38,083 nt of DNA, from IMG/VR virus record IMGVR_UViG_2913192161_000003, positions 1-38,083 of that record; one strand, given 5' to 3'. The notes beneath the pieces were generated by a model. That model saw only the letters and a list, made by a program, of their open reading frames with translations. It had not been told where the DNA came from and made no database searches. The DNA comes from a virus (Duplodnaviria > Heunggongvirae > Uroviricota > Caudoviricetes). The position numbers and the translations under genes are program-made. Every line of letters begins with the position of its first letter. Position 1 is the first letter of the stretch. Of the stretch, positions 16,663-25,784 are shown one piece after another.

Positions 16663-17271
16663 ATGGCATCGAAAAAGCTCACGGCAGAGCAGCAACTTCT
16701 TTTCGATGCGCTGACTCCGCTTCAGAAACAATTCTCACTGGCCATCATCAAAGGTAAGAACCAGACCGACGCATACAAGGCAGCGAAGGGGAAAGCGAGG
16801 GGCGACGCTATTCGAGCGGCAGCATCAAGAATGTATGCAAATGTTAACGTCGTAGCGTTTCTCAAATTGGTTCAGGGAGAGGTGGTAGACGAGGCCATTA
16901 TGGGGCGAGAGGAGGCACTCAAACGCCTGACCTCCCTCGGGCGCGCATCACTATTTGATCTGGCTGAGTTCCGCAACGGAATGATTGGTGAGGATGAGAA
17001 CGGCGATCCGATAATGCAGGCATCATGGAGCTTCAAAGATTCTGCACTGCTGACGCCTGAAGCAATGGCCGCTATCGCTGAGCTTACCGCTGGCCCTCAA
17101 GGCCTGAAGATTAAGCTCCACGACCCCAAAGCCGCAATTAAGCAATTGGCCGAGTTACAGGGGTGGGAGGCCGCCAAGGTGGTGGATAACGTTTCCTCTG
17201 ATGGCAGCATGTCACCAAAGCCGACCACCATCCGTTTAGTTGGAGTTTCGCCTGATGGGAGCAACAGCTGA
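16663..17271 (+). CDS. Terminase small subunit
   Basis: N-terminus typical of Terminase_2-type TerS (LTPLQKQF, NQTDAYKAA); directly upstream of the large subunit. Confidence 0.75.
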   Translation: MASKKLTAEQQLLFDALTPLQKQFSLAIIKGKNQTDAYKAAKGKARGDAIRAAASRMYANVNVVAFLKLVQGEVVDEAIMGREEALKRLTSLGRASLFDLAEFRNGMIGEDENGDPIMQASWSFKDSALLTPEAMAAIAELTAGPQGLKIKLHDPKAAIKQLAELQGWEAAKVVDNVSSDGSMSPKPTTIRLVGVSPDGSNS

Positions 17272-18547
17272 TCTGCAGATCCCCGCGAAGCTCGTTCCTG
17301 TATTCACCGCCGAGAATGTCCGTTACCGCTGCGCTTATGGTGGCCGTGGTTCGGCTAAGACGCGCACCTTTGCTTTGATGAGTGCTGTGCGCGCTTACGA
17401 GAAAGCAGAGGCGGGGATAAGTGGCGTGATTGTGTGTGGCCGCGAATACATGAACTCCCTCGAAGAGTCGAGTATGGAGGAGGTGAAGCAGGCAATCCGC
17501 GCCGTGCCGTGGCTCAATGATTACTTCGACATTGGTGAAAAGTACATCCGCACGAAGAACCGTCGCGTCAGTTACGTGTTCTGTGGCCTGCGGCATAACC
17601 TCGACAGCATCAAGTCGAAGGCGCGCATCCTGCTGGCATGGGTGGACGAAGCCGAATCGGTGTCTGATGTCGCCTGGAAAAAACTTCGTCCGACAGTGCG
17701 AGAGAAAGGATCTGAAATCTGGGTGACGTGGAACCCGGAGAAAGACGGCAGCGCCACTGATAAGCGATTCAGGAAGACCCCGCCGAAGAAATCCATCATC
17801 GTCGAGATGAACTACAACGATAACCCGTGGTTCCCCGATGTGCTGGAAGAGGAGCGACAGGACGACCTGGCAACTCTCGACTACGCCGATTACGCGTGGA
17901 TATGGGAAGGCGCATACCTCGAGAACTCCAACAAGCAGGTGCTGGCGAATCGCTATGTGGTGCAGAGCTTCCCTGATGACCTTTGGGAAAAGGCTGATCG
18001 CCTGCTGTTCGGCGGTGACTTCGGTTTCGCCGAAGATCCGTCAACACTGGTTCGCAACTTCATTCTCGATAACTGCCTGTATATCGAATACGAGGCCTAC
18101 GGCAAGCACGTTGAGCTCGACGACATGTGGAAGTTCTACGCCGGTAAGGATGGGGCGAAACCTCGCCAACTCGAAGAATGGAAAGTTACCGACGAGGCGA
18201 CATTCCCCGGCATACCAGAGGCGCGCCGCTGGCCTATCAAGGCGGATAACTCGCGGCCTGAGACAATCAGCCACATCAAGGCGCAGGGATTCAATATCTC
18301 AGCCGCCAAGAAGTGGCAGGGCAGTGTAGAAGATGGCATCACCTATCTGCGCGGGTTTAAGAAAATCATCATTCACCCGCGCTGCAAAGAGACGGCAAAA
18401 GAAGCCCGACTCTATTCCTACAAAACGGATCGCGTCACCAGTGAGGTGCTGCCGATTATCGAAGACAAAAACAACCACTGTTGGGACGCTGTCCGGTATT
18501 CACTGGATGGGCTGATCCGCAGAAAAGGGAAGGGCATTTTCTCATGA
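17255..18547 (+). CDS. Terminase large subunit
   Basis: Walker A-like YGGRGSAKT, ATPase and nuclease acidic motifs; ORF begins at TTG 17240, first ATG at 17255. Confidence 0.85.
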   Translation: MGATADLQIPAKLVPVFTAENVRYRCAYGGRGSAKTRTFALMSAVRAYEKAEAGISGVIVCGREYMNSLEESSMEEVKQAIRAVPWLNDYFDIGEKYIRTKNRRVSYVFCGLRHNLDSIKSKARILLAWVDEAESVSDVAWKKLRPTVREKGSEIWVTWNPEKDGSATDKRFRKTPPKKSIIVEMNYNDNPWFPDVLEEERQDDLATLDYADYAWIWEGAYLENSNKQVLANRYVVQSFPDDLWEKADRLLFGGDFGFAEDPSTLVRNFILDNCLYIEYEAYGKHVELDDMWKFYAGKDGAKPRQLEEWKVTDEATFPGIPEARRWPIKADNSRPETISHIKAQGFNISAAKKWQGSVEDGITYLRGFKKIIIHPRCKETAKEARLYSYKTDRVTSEVLPIIEDKNNHCWDAVRYSLDGLIRRKGKGIFS

Positions 18548-20109
18548 ACTGGAACTGGCTTAAGTGGTTTCGACCAAAAGCAGCAGTAATTGTTGAAGAG
18601 GCGAAGCCTGAGCCGGAAAAGAAGAAACGAGCAGGCACCTTCTCAACGCACAAGCAACATGCTTCATTCAGCCTGGATGATATCGAGCGCACTGCATTCC
18701 CCGTCAGGGCTGCACGTCCTGTTGATGCATCCGGTAAAGCAATGGATGAGTCGTGCGCTCAATCACCGTCTGCTGGGTATCGCTTCTCAACTATCGGCGG
18801 CGTACCGGACAACATCGTTGGCTGGTTCCTGTCGCAGAGCTTCATCGGTCATCAGCTGTGTGCCGTCATGGCTCAGCAGTGGCTGGTTAACCGTGCATGC
18901 AAAATCCCACCAGAGGACGCCACGCGCAACGGCTGGAAGATAACTGGCGTTGATCCGGAAAAGGTTCAGCGCCTGGAGAAGATCGACCGCAAGCGAGGAA
19001 TCAAACGTCAGGTGCAGGAGTATGCGCGCTTCAATCGGGTATTCGGCATTCGTATTGCCATCTTCTGTGTGGACAGCGACGACCCGAAGTATTACGAGAA
19101 GCCATTCAATATCGACGGTGTGCCAGAGGGTGGTTACCGCGGCATCAGCCAGGTAGACCCGTACTGGTGCGCACCTGAACTGGAAGGTGTGGATGTAACT
19201 GACCCATCGTCAGAGAACTTCTACGAGCCGACATACTGGCGCATAGCCAACAAGCGTTATCACCGGTCACACCTCGTCATCATTCGTTACTCAGAAGTCG
19301 CTGACGTGCTCAAGCCGACGTATCTGTTCGGTGGGCTGCCGTTGCCTCAGCTCATCTGGGAGCGCGTGTATGGCGCTGAGCGGTCGGCGAACGAAGGGCC
19401 GCAGTTGTTGATGTCTAAGCGGCTTAACGTCGTTAAGACTGACCTTGCGGAAGCGATGGCAGACCCTGACAACTTCCTGACGAAAATTCAGGAGTTCGTC
19501 GAACGTCGTGACAACTTCGGTGTGATGCCCATTGGTGACAGTGATGGGTATGAGCAGCACGAAACCTCTCTTGGCGACGTCGACTCAGTAATCATGACCG
19601 AGTATCAGCTCGTCGCGTCGGTTGCGGAGATGCCAGCAACGAAACTCCTCGGCACATCGCCGAAGGGATTCAACCCAACCGGTGATTTCGAGATGTCAGC
19701 TTACCGTGAAACGTTGGCCGGCATTCAGGAGCACAGCGGCACGCCGTTCCTGAATAGACATTACCAGTTGCTGACCAAATCAGAGTTCGGCGAGAGCATG
19801 GATATCGAAGTGGTGTGGAATCCGCTGGACGAACCTACCGAAACCGAGCAGGCGCAAACCGGCCTGGCGAAGGCGCAGACAGCTCAGATTTATCAGGAGC
19901 TGGGTGTGGTTAGCGCGAAACAGAACCAGCAGAAGCTAAAGGATGACGAATCCAGCGGCTACGAGTTTGAGGAGGTAGACGATGGCGGAGAAGAAAACGA
20001 CGGACTTGCAAGAGCAATCGCGGCCGTTCTTCAGCCCCCTGTATCTGGAGCAGCAGTACCAGCGACGGCTCCGACGCCTGGTAAACTGGATGAAAGGCAA
20101 CCTGTCTGA
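18544..20109 (+). CDS. Portal protein
   Basis: 521 aa starting at MNWNW (ATG 18544 overlapping the terminase stop); position and size typical of a portal. Confidence 0.75.
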   Translation: MNWNWLKWFRPKAAVIVEEAKPEPEKKKRAGTFSTHKQHASFSLDDIERTAFPVRAARPVDASGKAMDESCAQSPSAGYRFSTIGGVPDNIVGWFLSQSFIGHQLCAVMAQQWLVNRACKIPPEDATRNGWKITGVDPEKVQRLEKIDRKRGIKRQVQEYARFNRVFGIRIAIFCVDSDDPKYYEKPFNIDGVPEGGYRGISQVDPYWCAPELEGVDVTDPSSENFYEPTYWRIANKRYHRSHLVIIRYSEVADVLKPTYLFGGLPLPQLIWERVYGAERSANEGPQLLMSKRLNVVKTDLAEAMADPDNFLTKIQEFVERRDNFGVMPIGDSDGYEQHETSLGDVDSVIMTEYQLVASVAEMPATKLLGTSPKGFNPTGDFEMSAYRETLAGIQEHSGTPFLNRHYQLLTKSEFGESMDIEVVWNPLDEPTETEQAQTGLAKAQTAQIYQELGVVSAKQNQQKLKDDESSGYEFEEVDDGGEENDGLARAIAAVLQPPVSGAAVPATAPTPGKLDERQPV

Positions 20110-20728
20110 TGAGTTACTGGCAACCAGTGGCCCATCGCTCGACTCAAAACTGACAACACTGTCTGGCAAATACGCCAACCTGTTCCGCGATTACGCCCCC
20201 ACGATGTTTAACCCGGTACTCGACGGCGCTGATAAGTCTACTCAGCGGCAATTCACCGCGCTGAAACTTGACGATGCCGTTAACGCTGATGCTGTGCGCG
20301 GGTACTTCCGTGACGCAGCGCAGAAGAATGCACAACTGATATCGACGTTGCCGACGGACCACATCGAGAGGATTCGAAAGGCTGTGGCCGAGTCGCCTGG
20401 CGATCTGTCCGCGCTGAAAGACATCCTGTCTGATGCCAACGGCAAGCTCGACCGTCGCTCACGAAACATCGCAATGGACCAGACGCGAAAGGCGTACAAC
20501 GACACGGCAATGATGAAGGCCCAGGCAACTGGGGCAACCAAAGGCATCTGGATCCACTCACATCGAGGCCCTGCGCATTCCCGTCCTAAACATGTTAAGG
20601 CGCACGGTGAAGAGTTTGACCTTGCCGTTGGCCTTCCGGTGGGCGATAGCGGTCAGAACGTCATCCCCGGAGAGGAAATTAACTGTCGTTGCACATTCAA
20701 ACTGGTGGTCGACTTTGGAGTGAAATAA
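19982..20728 (+). CDS. Head morphogenesis protein (MuF / SPP1 gp7 family)
   Basis: GAGGAGG RBS before ATG 19982; C-terminal PGEEINCRCT motif; overlaps the portal 3-prime end by 128 nt in another frame. Confidence 0.7.
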   Translation: MAEKKTTDLQEQSRPFFSPLYLEQQYQRRLRRLVNWMKGNLSDELLATSGPSLDSKLTTLSGKYANLFRDYAPTMFNPVLDGADKSTQRQFTALKLDDAVNADAVRGYFRDAAQKNAQLISTLPTDHIERIRKAVAESPGDLSALKDILSDANGKLDRRSRNIAMDQTRKAYNDTAMMKAQATGATKGIWIHSHRGPAHSRPKHVKAHGEEFDLAVGLPVGDSGQNVIPGEEINCRCTFKLVVDFGVK

Positions 20729-21894
20729 TGACAACCGGCGCTAAAGCCCTCGACCGTTCCGCTCGCGTTATCGATGACAACGGCTGGATCAACGTTGAGG
20801 GCAACCCAATTACTAAGGCCGGGATATTCGATTATCTCGGCAGCGAGATCCCCGGCGCGCCAGACCCAGACAGAATTTACCAGGTGTACCGCCCAGCGGA
20901 GGAACTCAGCAGGCCGGAGACGCTGGAATCCTTCAAACTTATTCCCTTTACCAATGGGCATGCATGGCTTGGTACCGAAGGCGTTGATGCTGGCGATGCT
21001 GGTGTCGCCGGAATCGTTGGAGAGAAGGTCTATTTTGACCCTCCTTATCTTCGGGCAAATCTTCGCGTGTTCTCTGATGAGTTGAAGCAGGCTCTGCAAT
21101 CCGGGAAGACCGAGCTATCTCCTGGCTACAAATACGACGTTGACCCAACGCCAGGTGTGTTTGAAGGAATACCGTATCAGTATGTGCAGCGAAATATCCG
21201 CTGCGGAAACCATCTAGCCCTTGTTGATGAGGGCAGAACAGGACCTGACGTCGCAGTGATGGACCAGGCCATAAACCAAAACTCCGACGGAGATAAAACG
21301 ATGACTTTAGAGGAACTGATCGCTGCGCTCGGCAAGCTGGACGCGACGCAGCTTGCTGCTGTCATGGCCGCGCTTCAGCAGATGAACCAGACCGAAGCGA
21401 GTACTGAAACTGCTACTGACGAGGATACCACCGACACCACTACGGCGACGGATGAGGATACCTCGGAAGAAACCACTGCTCAGGATGACGACACTACCAC
21501 CGAGCAGGCTCAGGACGAAGACACTACCGAAGAAAGCAAGGCACAGGATGCGAAGATCGCTGCATTGACCAAGCAGGTGAACACCCTGACCAAGCAGGTT
21601 AAAGCCCAGGACACAGGCGCGCTGCTGAAAGAACTTGGCAAGCGTAACGAACTGGCCAATCGCCTGACTCAGCACATCGGCGCGTTTGCGTGCGACTCCA
21701 TGGATACCGTGGCGGTAGCGAAGTACGGCCTGGAGAAACTCGGCATCAAAGGCATCGCAGCTGGCCATGAAGTTTCAGCCCTGAATGCTGCACTGGCGAT
21801 GAAAGCCGCAACTCCACGCACCATCGTTGCATTCGGTCAGGACGCAGCGCCGACCAAAGACAACGCTGTATCTTCCGCAATCGATGCTCTTTAA
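20728..21894 (+). CDS. Scaffold-like head protein (DUF2213-like), acidic T/D/E-rich repeats and coiled coil
   Basis: ORF 20689..21894; start at ATG 20728 overlapping the upstream stop; sits between portal/MuF and the major capsid gene. Confidence 0.55.
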   Translation: MTTGAKALDRSARVIDDNGWINVEGNPITKAGIFDYLGSEIPGAPDPDRIYQVYRPAEELSRPETLESFKLIPFTNGHAWLGTEGVDAGDAGVAGIVGEKVYFDPPYLRANLRVFSDELKQALQSGKTELSPGYKYDVDPTPGVFEGIPYQYVQRNIRCGNHLALVDEGRTGPDVAVMDQAINQNSDGDKTMTLEELIAALGKLDATQLAAVMAALQQMNQTEASTETATDEDTTDTTTATDEDTSEETTAQDDDTTTEQAQDEDTTEESKAQDAKIAALTKQVNTLTKQVKAQDTGALLKELGKRNELANRLTQHIGAFACDSMDTVAVAKYGLEKLGIKGIAAGHEVSALNAALAMKAATPRTIVAFGQDAAPTKDNAVSSAIDAL

Positions 21895-21904
21895 GGGGAA
21901 CAGA

Positions 21905-22426
21905 ATGACCTTTCAAAAAACTGTAGGCAGCGATCTGGCATGGGGAATTCCCGGTGAACACGCGCTGGCAGGCGACGTTCGCGCCGAGCCTGTGCAGTTG
22001 AAAACTAAATTCGACGGTACTGCAGGTAAACGAGTCCCGTTCGGTGCAGTAGCACTGACGCAGTCCGCTGGTGATAACGGTATGGTATCCATCGGCGGTT
22101 CCGGGACGTATGTCGGAATCCTGTCATCACCGAAAGAGTGGGCGGCTTATACCGCGCTAGGTGGTGATGCGGCAGGTATCGAGGAGGGCGCTCAACTGGA
22201 AGCGACATCCCAGACTCCAGGCATGTTTATGGAGTTGACTACTGCCGCGGGTGTTGGTGATGCGATCGCATACAAAGCTGACGGCTCCCTGGTAGCTGCG
22301 CCGGCGTCCGCTGCCCCTGCCAGTTCTACGCTTATCCCTGGCTCCCGTGTCGTGCGTTACAACGTAACCACTGGCATTGCAATCGTCGCCCTGCAGCAAC
22401 TGCCGACTCCAGCCGTAGCACCTTAA
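21905..22426 (+). CDS. Head structural protein (function unresolved)
   Basis: ORF 21827..22426; start taken at ATG 21905 (MTFQKTVGS) after AAGGGG; G/A-rich. Confidence 0.45.
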   Translation: MTFQKTVGSDLAWGIPGEHALAGDVRAEPVQLKTKFDGTAGKRVPFGAVALTQSAGDNGMVSIGGSGTYVGILSSPKEWAAYTALGGDAAGIEEGAQLEATSQTPGMFMELTTAAGVGDAIAYKADGSLVAAPASAAPASSTLIPGSRVVRYNVTTGIAIVALQQLPTPAVAP

Positions 22427-22442
22427 TTCAAGGAAATAACAA

Positions 22443-23582
22443 ATGCCTAAAATCTCAAAGGTGCATAAGCGCCTGTCTCCTGCTGCCGCTAAATTGCTGC
22501 AAAGCAAACTGCGTGGCGTGGCGATGGATTCAGCGGATAATGTCCGTTCCCTCGCTAAAGTGGGGATCCACATTTCTGACTTTGCCGCGCAGTCCTATGC
22601 TCAGGCGTATGGCATGGACGCCGCCGTCAGCATTCCCGGTCTGACTGTCAACGCCTCTCAGGGTAACAGCCCTTACATGCAATTCCTGCAGGCATGGCTG
22701 CCTGGTCAGGTGCAGGTAATCACCGCCGCCCGCAAAGCCGATGAGCTGATGGGCGTGGTGACTGCTGGCGCGTGGGAAGACGAAGAAGTCATCCAGGAAA
22801 TTCTGGAACTGGTTGGCGTGGCACAGCCTTACACCGACTATGGCAATATTCCACTGTCCAGCTGGAACCTGACCTATGAGAAGCGAGGTGTCGTTCGCTT
22901 TGAAGAGGGCTTGCAGGTTGGTGAGCTTGAAGGTCTGCGCTCCGGTCGCATTGGCATCAACGCCTCTGAAACCAAGCGTAATGCAGCCTCCCTGGCGCTG
23001 GAAATCTCCCGTAACCGTGTCGCGTTCTATGGCTATGCGACGCATCCGGACACCCGCCCGATTTACGGATACCTGAACGATCCGAACCTTCCGGCATACA
23101 TCACCGTGTCAGCTGGCACTGGCGGTACCACCTGGGACAAAAAGACCTACGCGGAAATCGTGCGTGATCTGCTGACCGGTTTAGCGGCGCTGCGCGTTCA
23201 GTCGAAAGAAGTCATCGACCCAACCGCTACGCCAATCATCTTGGCTGTGGCATCGGAAAAAGTTGACTACCTGTCGACGCCAAACGACCTTGGTGAAACG
23301 CCGTATGACTGGCTGCGCGAGAACTACCCGAATGTAACCGTTAAGTCAGCCATCGAACTGGATGAAGCCAACGGCGGCGCTGACGTGTTCTACCTGTACG
23401 CAGAAACGGTTGGTGACTCTGGTACTGACGGTGGTGGCGTAATCGACCAGATCGTTCCTTCACGCTTCCGTGCGCTGGGCGTGGACACGTCCTGCAAGCT
23501 GGTTACCGAAGACTTCACTAACGCCACCTCCGGTGCTCTGGTGAAACGTCCATTCGCTGTCTATCGCGCAAGCGGCATCTGA
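22443..23582 (+). CDS. Major capsid protein (DUF2184-like)
   Basis: 379 aa; position after the scaffold-like gene; followed by a strong hairpin terminator. Confidence 0.65.
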   Translation: MPKISKVHKRLSPAAAKLLQSKLRGVAMDSADNVRSLAKVGIHISDFAAQSYAQAYGMDAAVSIPGLTVNASQGNSPYMQFLQAWLPGQVQVITAARKADELMGVVTAGAWEDEEVIQEILELVGVAQPYTDYGNIPLSSWNLTYEKRGVVRFEEGLQVGELEGLRSGRIGINASETKRNAASLALEISRNRVAFYGYATHPDTRPIYGYLNDPNLPAYITVSAGTGGTTWDKKTYAEIVRDLLTGLAALRVQSKEVIDPTATPIILAVASEKVDYLSTPNDLGETPYDWLRENYPNVTVKSAIELDEANGGADVFYLYAETVGDSGTDGGGVIDQIVPSRFRALGVDTSCKLVTEDFTNATSGALVKRPFAVYRASGI

Positions 23583-23588
23583 TTTAAG

Positions 23589-23610
23589 GGGCTTCGGCCC
23601 CATTTCTTTC
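23589..23610 (+). terminator. Hairpin terminator after the major capsid gene
   Basis: GGGGC-TTCG-GCCCC stem-loop followed by a T-rich stretch ATTTCTTTCT. Confidence 0.6.
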
Positions 23611-23621
23611 TGGAGATAACC

Positions 23622-23987
23622 ATGCCAGCAGTTTATTCGTCCTGTACTTCTGACAATTTTTTCCCGGTCTGGAAAGGCCATGCTCGTAAGGATACCTACG
23701 ACAAAGGCGTCCTGATTAAAGGCGGCGCTAATTCGCAAGACAAGCGCACCATGATCACCCCGCGCGGCGTGGCGACAGTAGTCACTACCGAAGAACTCGA
23801 GCAACTCAAAGCTGACCCGGCATTCATGGGCTTCGTTGAGCGCGGATTTATGTCCTTCGACGAGAAGGCAAAACACGGCTACGACGCTGAAGAGCGCGGT
23901 GCTGAGATGGACAAAGATAAGTCTGCCCAGGATACCGCTGCAGACTACGCGAAGATGGGTAAAAAGGCTCCGAAAGAGGAGAAGTAA
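23622..23987 (+). CDS. Hypothetical structural protein (121 aa)
   Basis: GGAGATAAC RBS motif upstream; position in the head module. Confidence 0.45.
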   Translation: MPAVYSSCTSDNFFPVWKGHARKDTYDKGVLIKGGANSQDKRTMITPRGVATVVTTEELEQLKADPAFMGFVERGFMSFDEKAKHGYDAEERGAEMDKDKSAQDTAADYAKMGKKAPKEEK

Positions 23988-23990
23988 CCC

Positions 23991-24422
23991 ATGATCGACG
24001 TCGACGAGTTCAGGGAAAAATTCCCGCAGTTCGTTAACCCGGTGCTCTATCCCACAGACAGTATCCTGCTGATGGCCGACATGGTGGATTGCTACATCGA
24101 CGTCGGCAACCGGTGGTTCCGGTGCGTGAAGTGCCAGGAACTGATGACCGAGCTTCTCACTGCCCACCTCTTGATGATTAACGGCACACCTGCAGCACCG
24201 GCAAGCGGATCAACAGGAATCATCAGTAACGCAACGGTTGGCTCTGTAAGTGTCGGCTTCACTAATGCAGCGTCGAGCAAGGGTGCGTTTATGGCGTGGC
24301 TTGGCAAGACTCCTTACGGTGAGCAACTCGCGGCATTGCTGGCTAGATTATCGATTGGCCTTGGCTATATTGGTGGCGCTCCGGAGCGTCGTGCATTCAG
24401 AAAGGTTGGCGGGAGGTTCTAA
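23991..24422 (+). CDS. Head-tail connector/completion protein (DUF4054-like), tentative
   Basis: Size and position; family by recall. Confidence 0.45.
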   Translation: MIDVDEFREKFPQFVNPVLYPTDSILLMADMVDCYIDVGNRWFRCVKCQELMTELLTAHLLMINGTPAAPASGSTGIISNATVGSVSVGFTNAASSKGAFMAWLGKTPYGEQLAALLARLSIGLGYIGGAPERRAFRKVGGRF

Positions 24423-24874
24423 TGGGCAGAGGTCTGGATGAGCTGGTTAAGCGCGTGCAGGAGATGGGGAGACTGAAGGTTGAGGTCGGCTGGATGGATA
24501 CCGCCAAGTATCCTGATGGCACTCCAGTGGCGCTGGTAGCGCAGACACAGGAATACGGAAGCCCCGCCAGGCATATTCCTCCCAGACCATTTGTCAGGCC
24601 AACCGTCGCCGCTGAAAAGGGTAACTGGTCCCGCCAAATGGGGATTGGCGTTAGGGCTGTGGCAAGCGGCGCTCGTTCAGCTGAACAGGTTTTTGTCGCT
24701 ATCGGAGAACTGGCAGCCGGGGATGTCCGGATGACTATCACGCAAATCAGTTCGCCACCACTTGAGGATTCTACCCAGAAAGCACGTGCAGCTAGAGGGT
24801 TAGAACCAGAGAAGCCATTGCAGGCTACCGGCCTGATGCTGGCATCCTGCACTTCACTCGTTAAGGAGAAATAA
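24422..24874 (+). CDS. Hypothetical head-tail joining protein
   Basis: 150-aa ORF coupled to its neighbours. Confidence 0.45.
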   Translation: MGRGLDELVKRVQEMGRLKVEVGWMDTAKYPDGTPVALVAQTQEYGSPARHIPPRPFVRPTVAAEKGNWSRQMGIGVRAVASGARSAEQVFVAIGELAAGDVRMTITQISSPPLEDSTQKARAARGLEPEKPLQATGLMLASCTSLVKEK

Positions 24875-25242
24875 TGTTCGTACCAGGTTCAAATCTCCTT
24901 GGCATGGCGTTATCAGCGATTAACCCGTCTGCTGGCGTCCAGATTAAGCGCTTTCTTGGTCAACAAGAGAATGACTACGGTAAAACCATCAACGCGTACA
25001 GCGCTCCTGAGGCTCTTTATGGTGCATCCGTTCAGCCTCTGTCATTCCGCGACATTCAGCAATTCGGCCTGACCACCGGGCGCGAGTACATTGGCGCATG
25101 GATACAGACTTCTGCTAACTCGGCGTATCGCGGAGCGGCGGCAGACGTAATCCTCTGGAATGCCGCTGAGTGGGAAATCATTCAGCCAACAAACTGGAAG
25201 GTTCAGGATGGGTGGACCCAACTGGTGGCGGTGAAGCAATGA
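24874..25242 (+). CDS. Hypothetical structural protein
   Basis: 122-aa ORF coupled to its neighbours. Confidence 0.45.
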   Translation: MFVPGSNLLGMALSAINPSAGVQIKRFLGQQENDYGKTINAYSAPEALYGASVQPLSFRDIQQFGLTTGREYIGAWIQTSANSAYRGAAADVILWNAAEWEIIQPTNWKVQDGWTQLVAVKQ

Positions 25243-25772
25243 ACGAAATTTATAAACTCATTCGCGAAGTACTCATCGCTGGCTTTGCCGGGCAGGGGAT
25301 GACGGTACGGGTGATGCAGAGCTATTCCGGTGTGTCGACCGGGCCGCCGGCCGTTCCTGCTATCATTATGCACCACATTTCCAGTGAGCGTGTCGGCTGG
25401 CAGTCCCGAAAGCCCAGGGTGACGAGCGGCAACCCGGAATTAATTGAGCACCAGAACGTTGCTGAGACCATTCAGTTTAACGCGGTGCTGCCGTTCGTGA
25501 AGCCCGAAGACGAAACCGTCGATACACCGACAGTTCAGGGGGTGCTGACAACCGCCTCGCTGATTCTTCAAAGTCATTCGATGCTCACTGCGCTAAAAGC
25601 CGCGGGCATGGGCATGCAGGTAGTGAAGCCCATAACCTCCAATTACATTCAGAACGAGGCCGAGCAGTGGGAGAACGTCCCTAGCTTCGATCTGATCATC
25701 TGTCACAAACTCACACTAACCCATGACGTGGGCAAGGTTGAGCAAATCACCAGCGGAATATACCGCGTTTAA
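25239..25772 (+). CDS. Hypothetical tail completion protein
   Basis: ORF 25170..25772; start at ATG 25239 overlapping the upstream stop. Confidence 0.45.
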   Translation: MNEIYKLIREVLIAGFAGQGMTVRVMQSYSGVSTGPPAVPAIIMHHISSERVGWQSRKPRVTSGNPELIEHQNVAETIQFNAVLPFVKPEDETVDTPTVQGVLTTASLILQSHSMLTALKAAGMGMQVVKPITSNYIQNEAEQWENVPSFDLIICHKLTLTHDVGKVEQITSGIYRV

Positions 25773-25784
25773 CGAGGATTGCTG

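Noticed and set aside
17138-17596. Minus-strand ORF of 152 aa inside the terminase genes
   Set aside because: Antisense to the terminase small and large subunit genes, which carry strong family signatures.
22530-24167. Minus-strand ORFs of 171 and 235 aa within the capsid region
   Set aside because: Antisense to the major capsid gene and downstream structural genes; GC-rich open antisense frames are expected by chance here.
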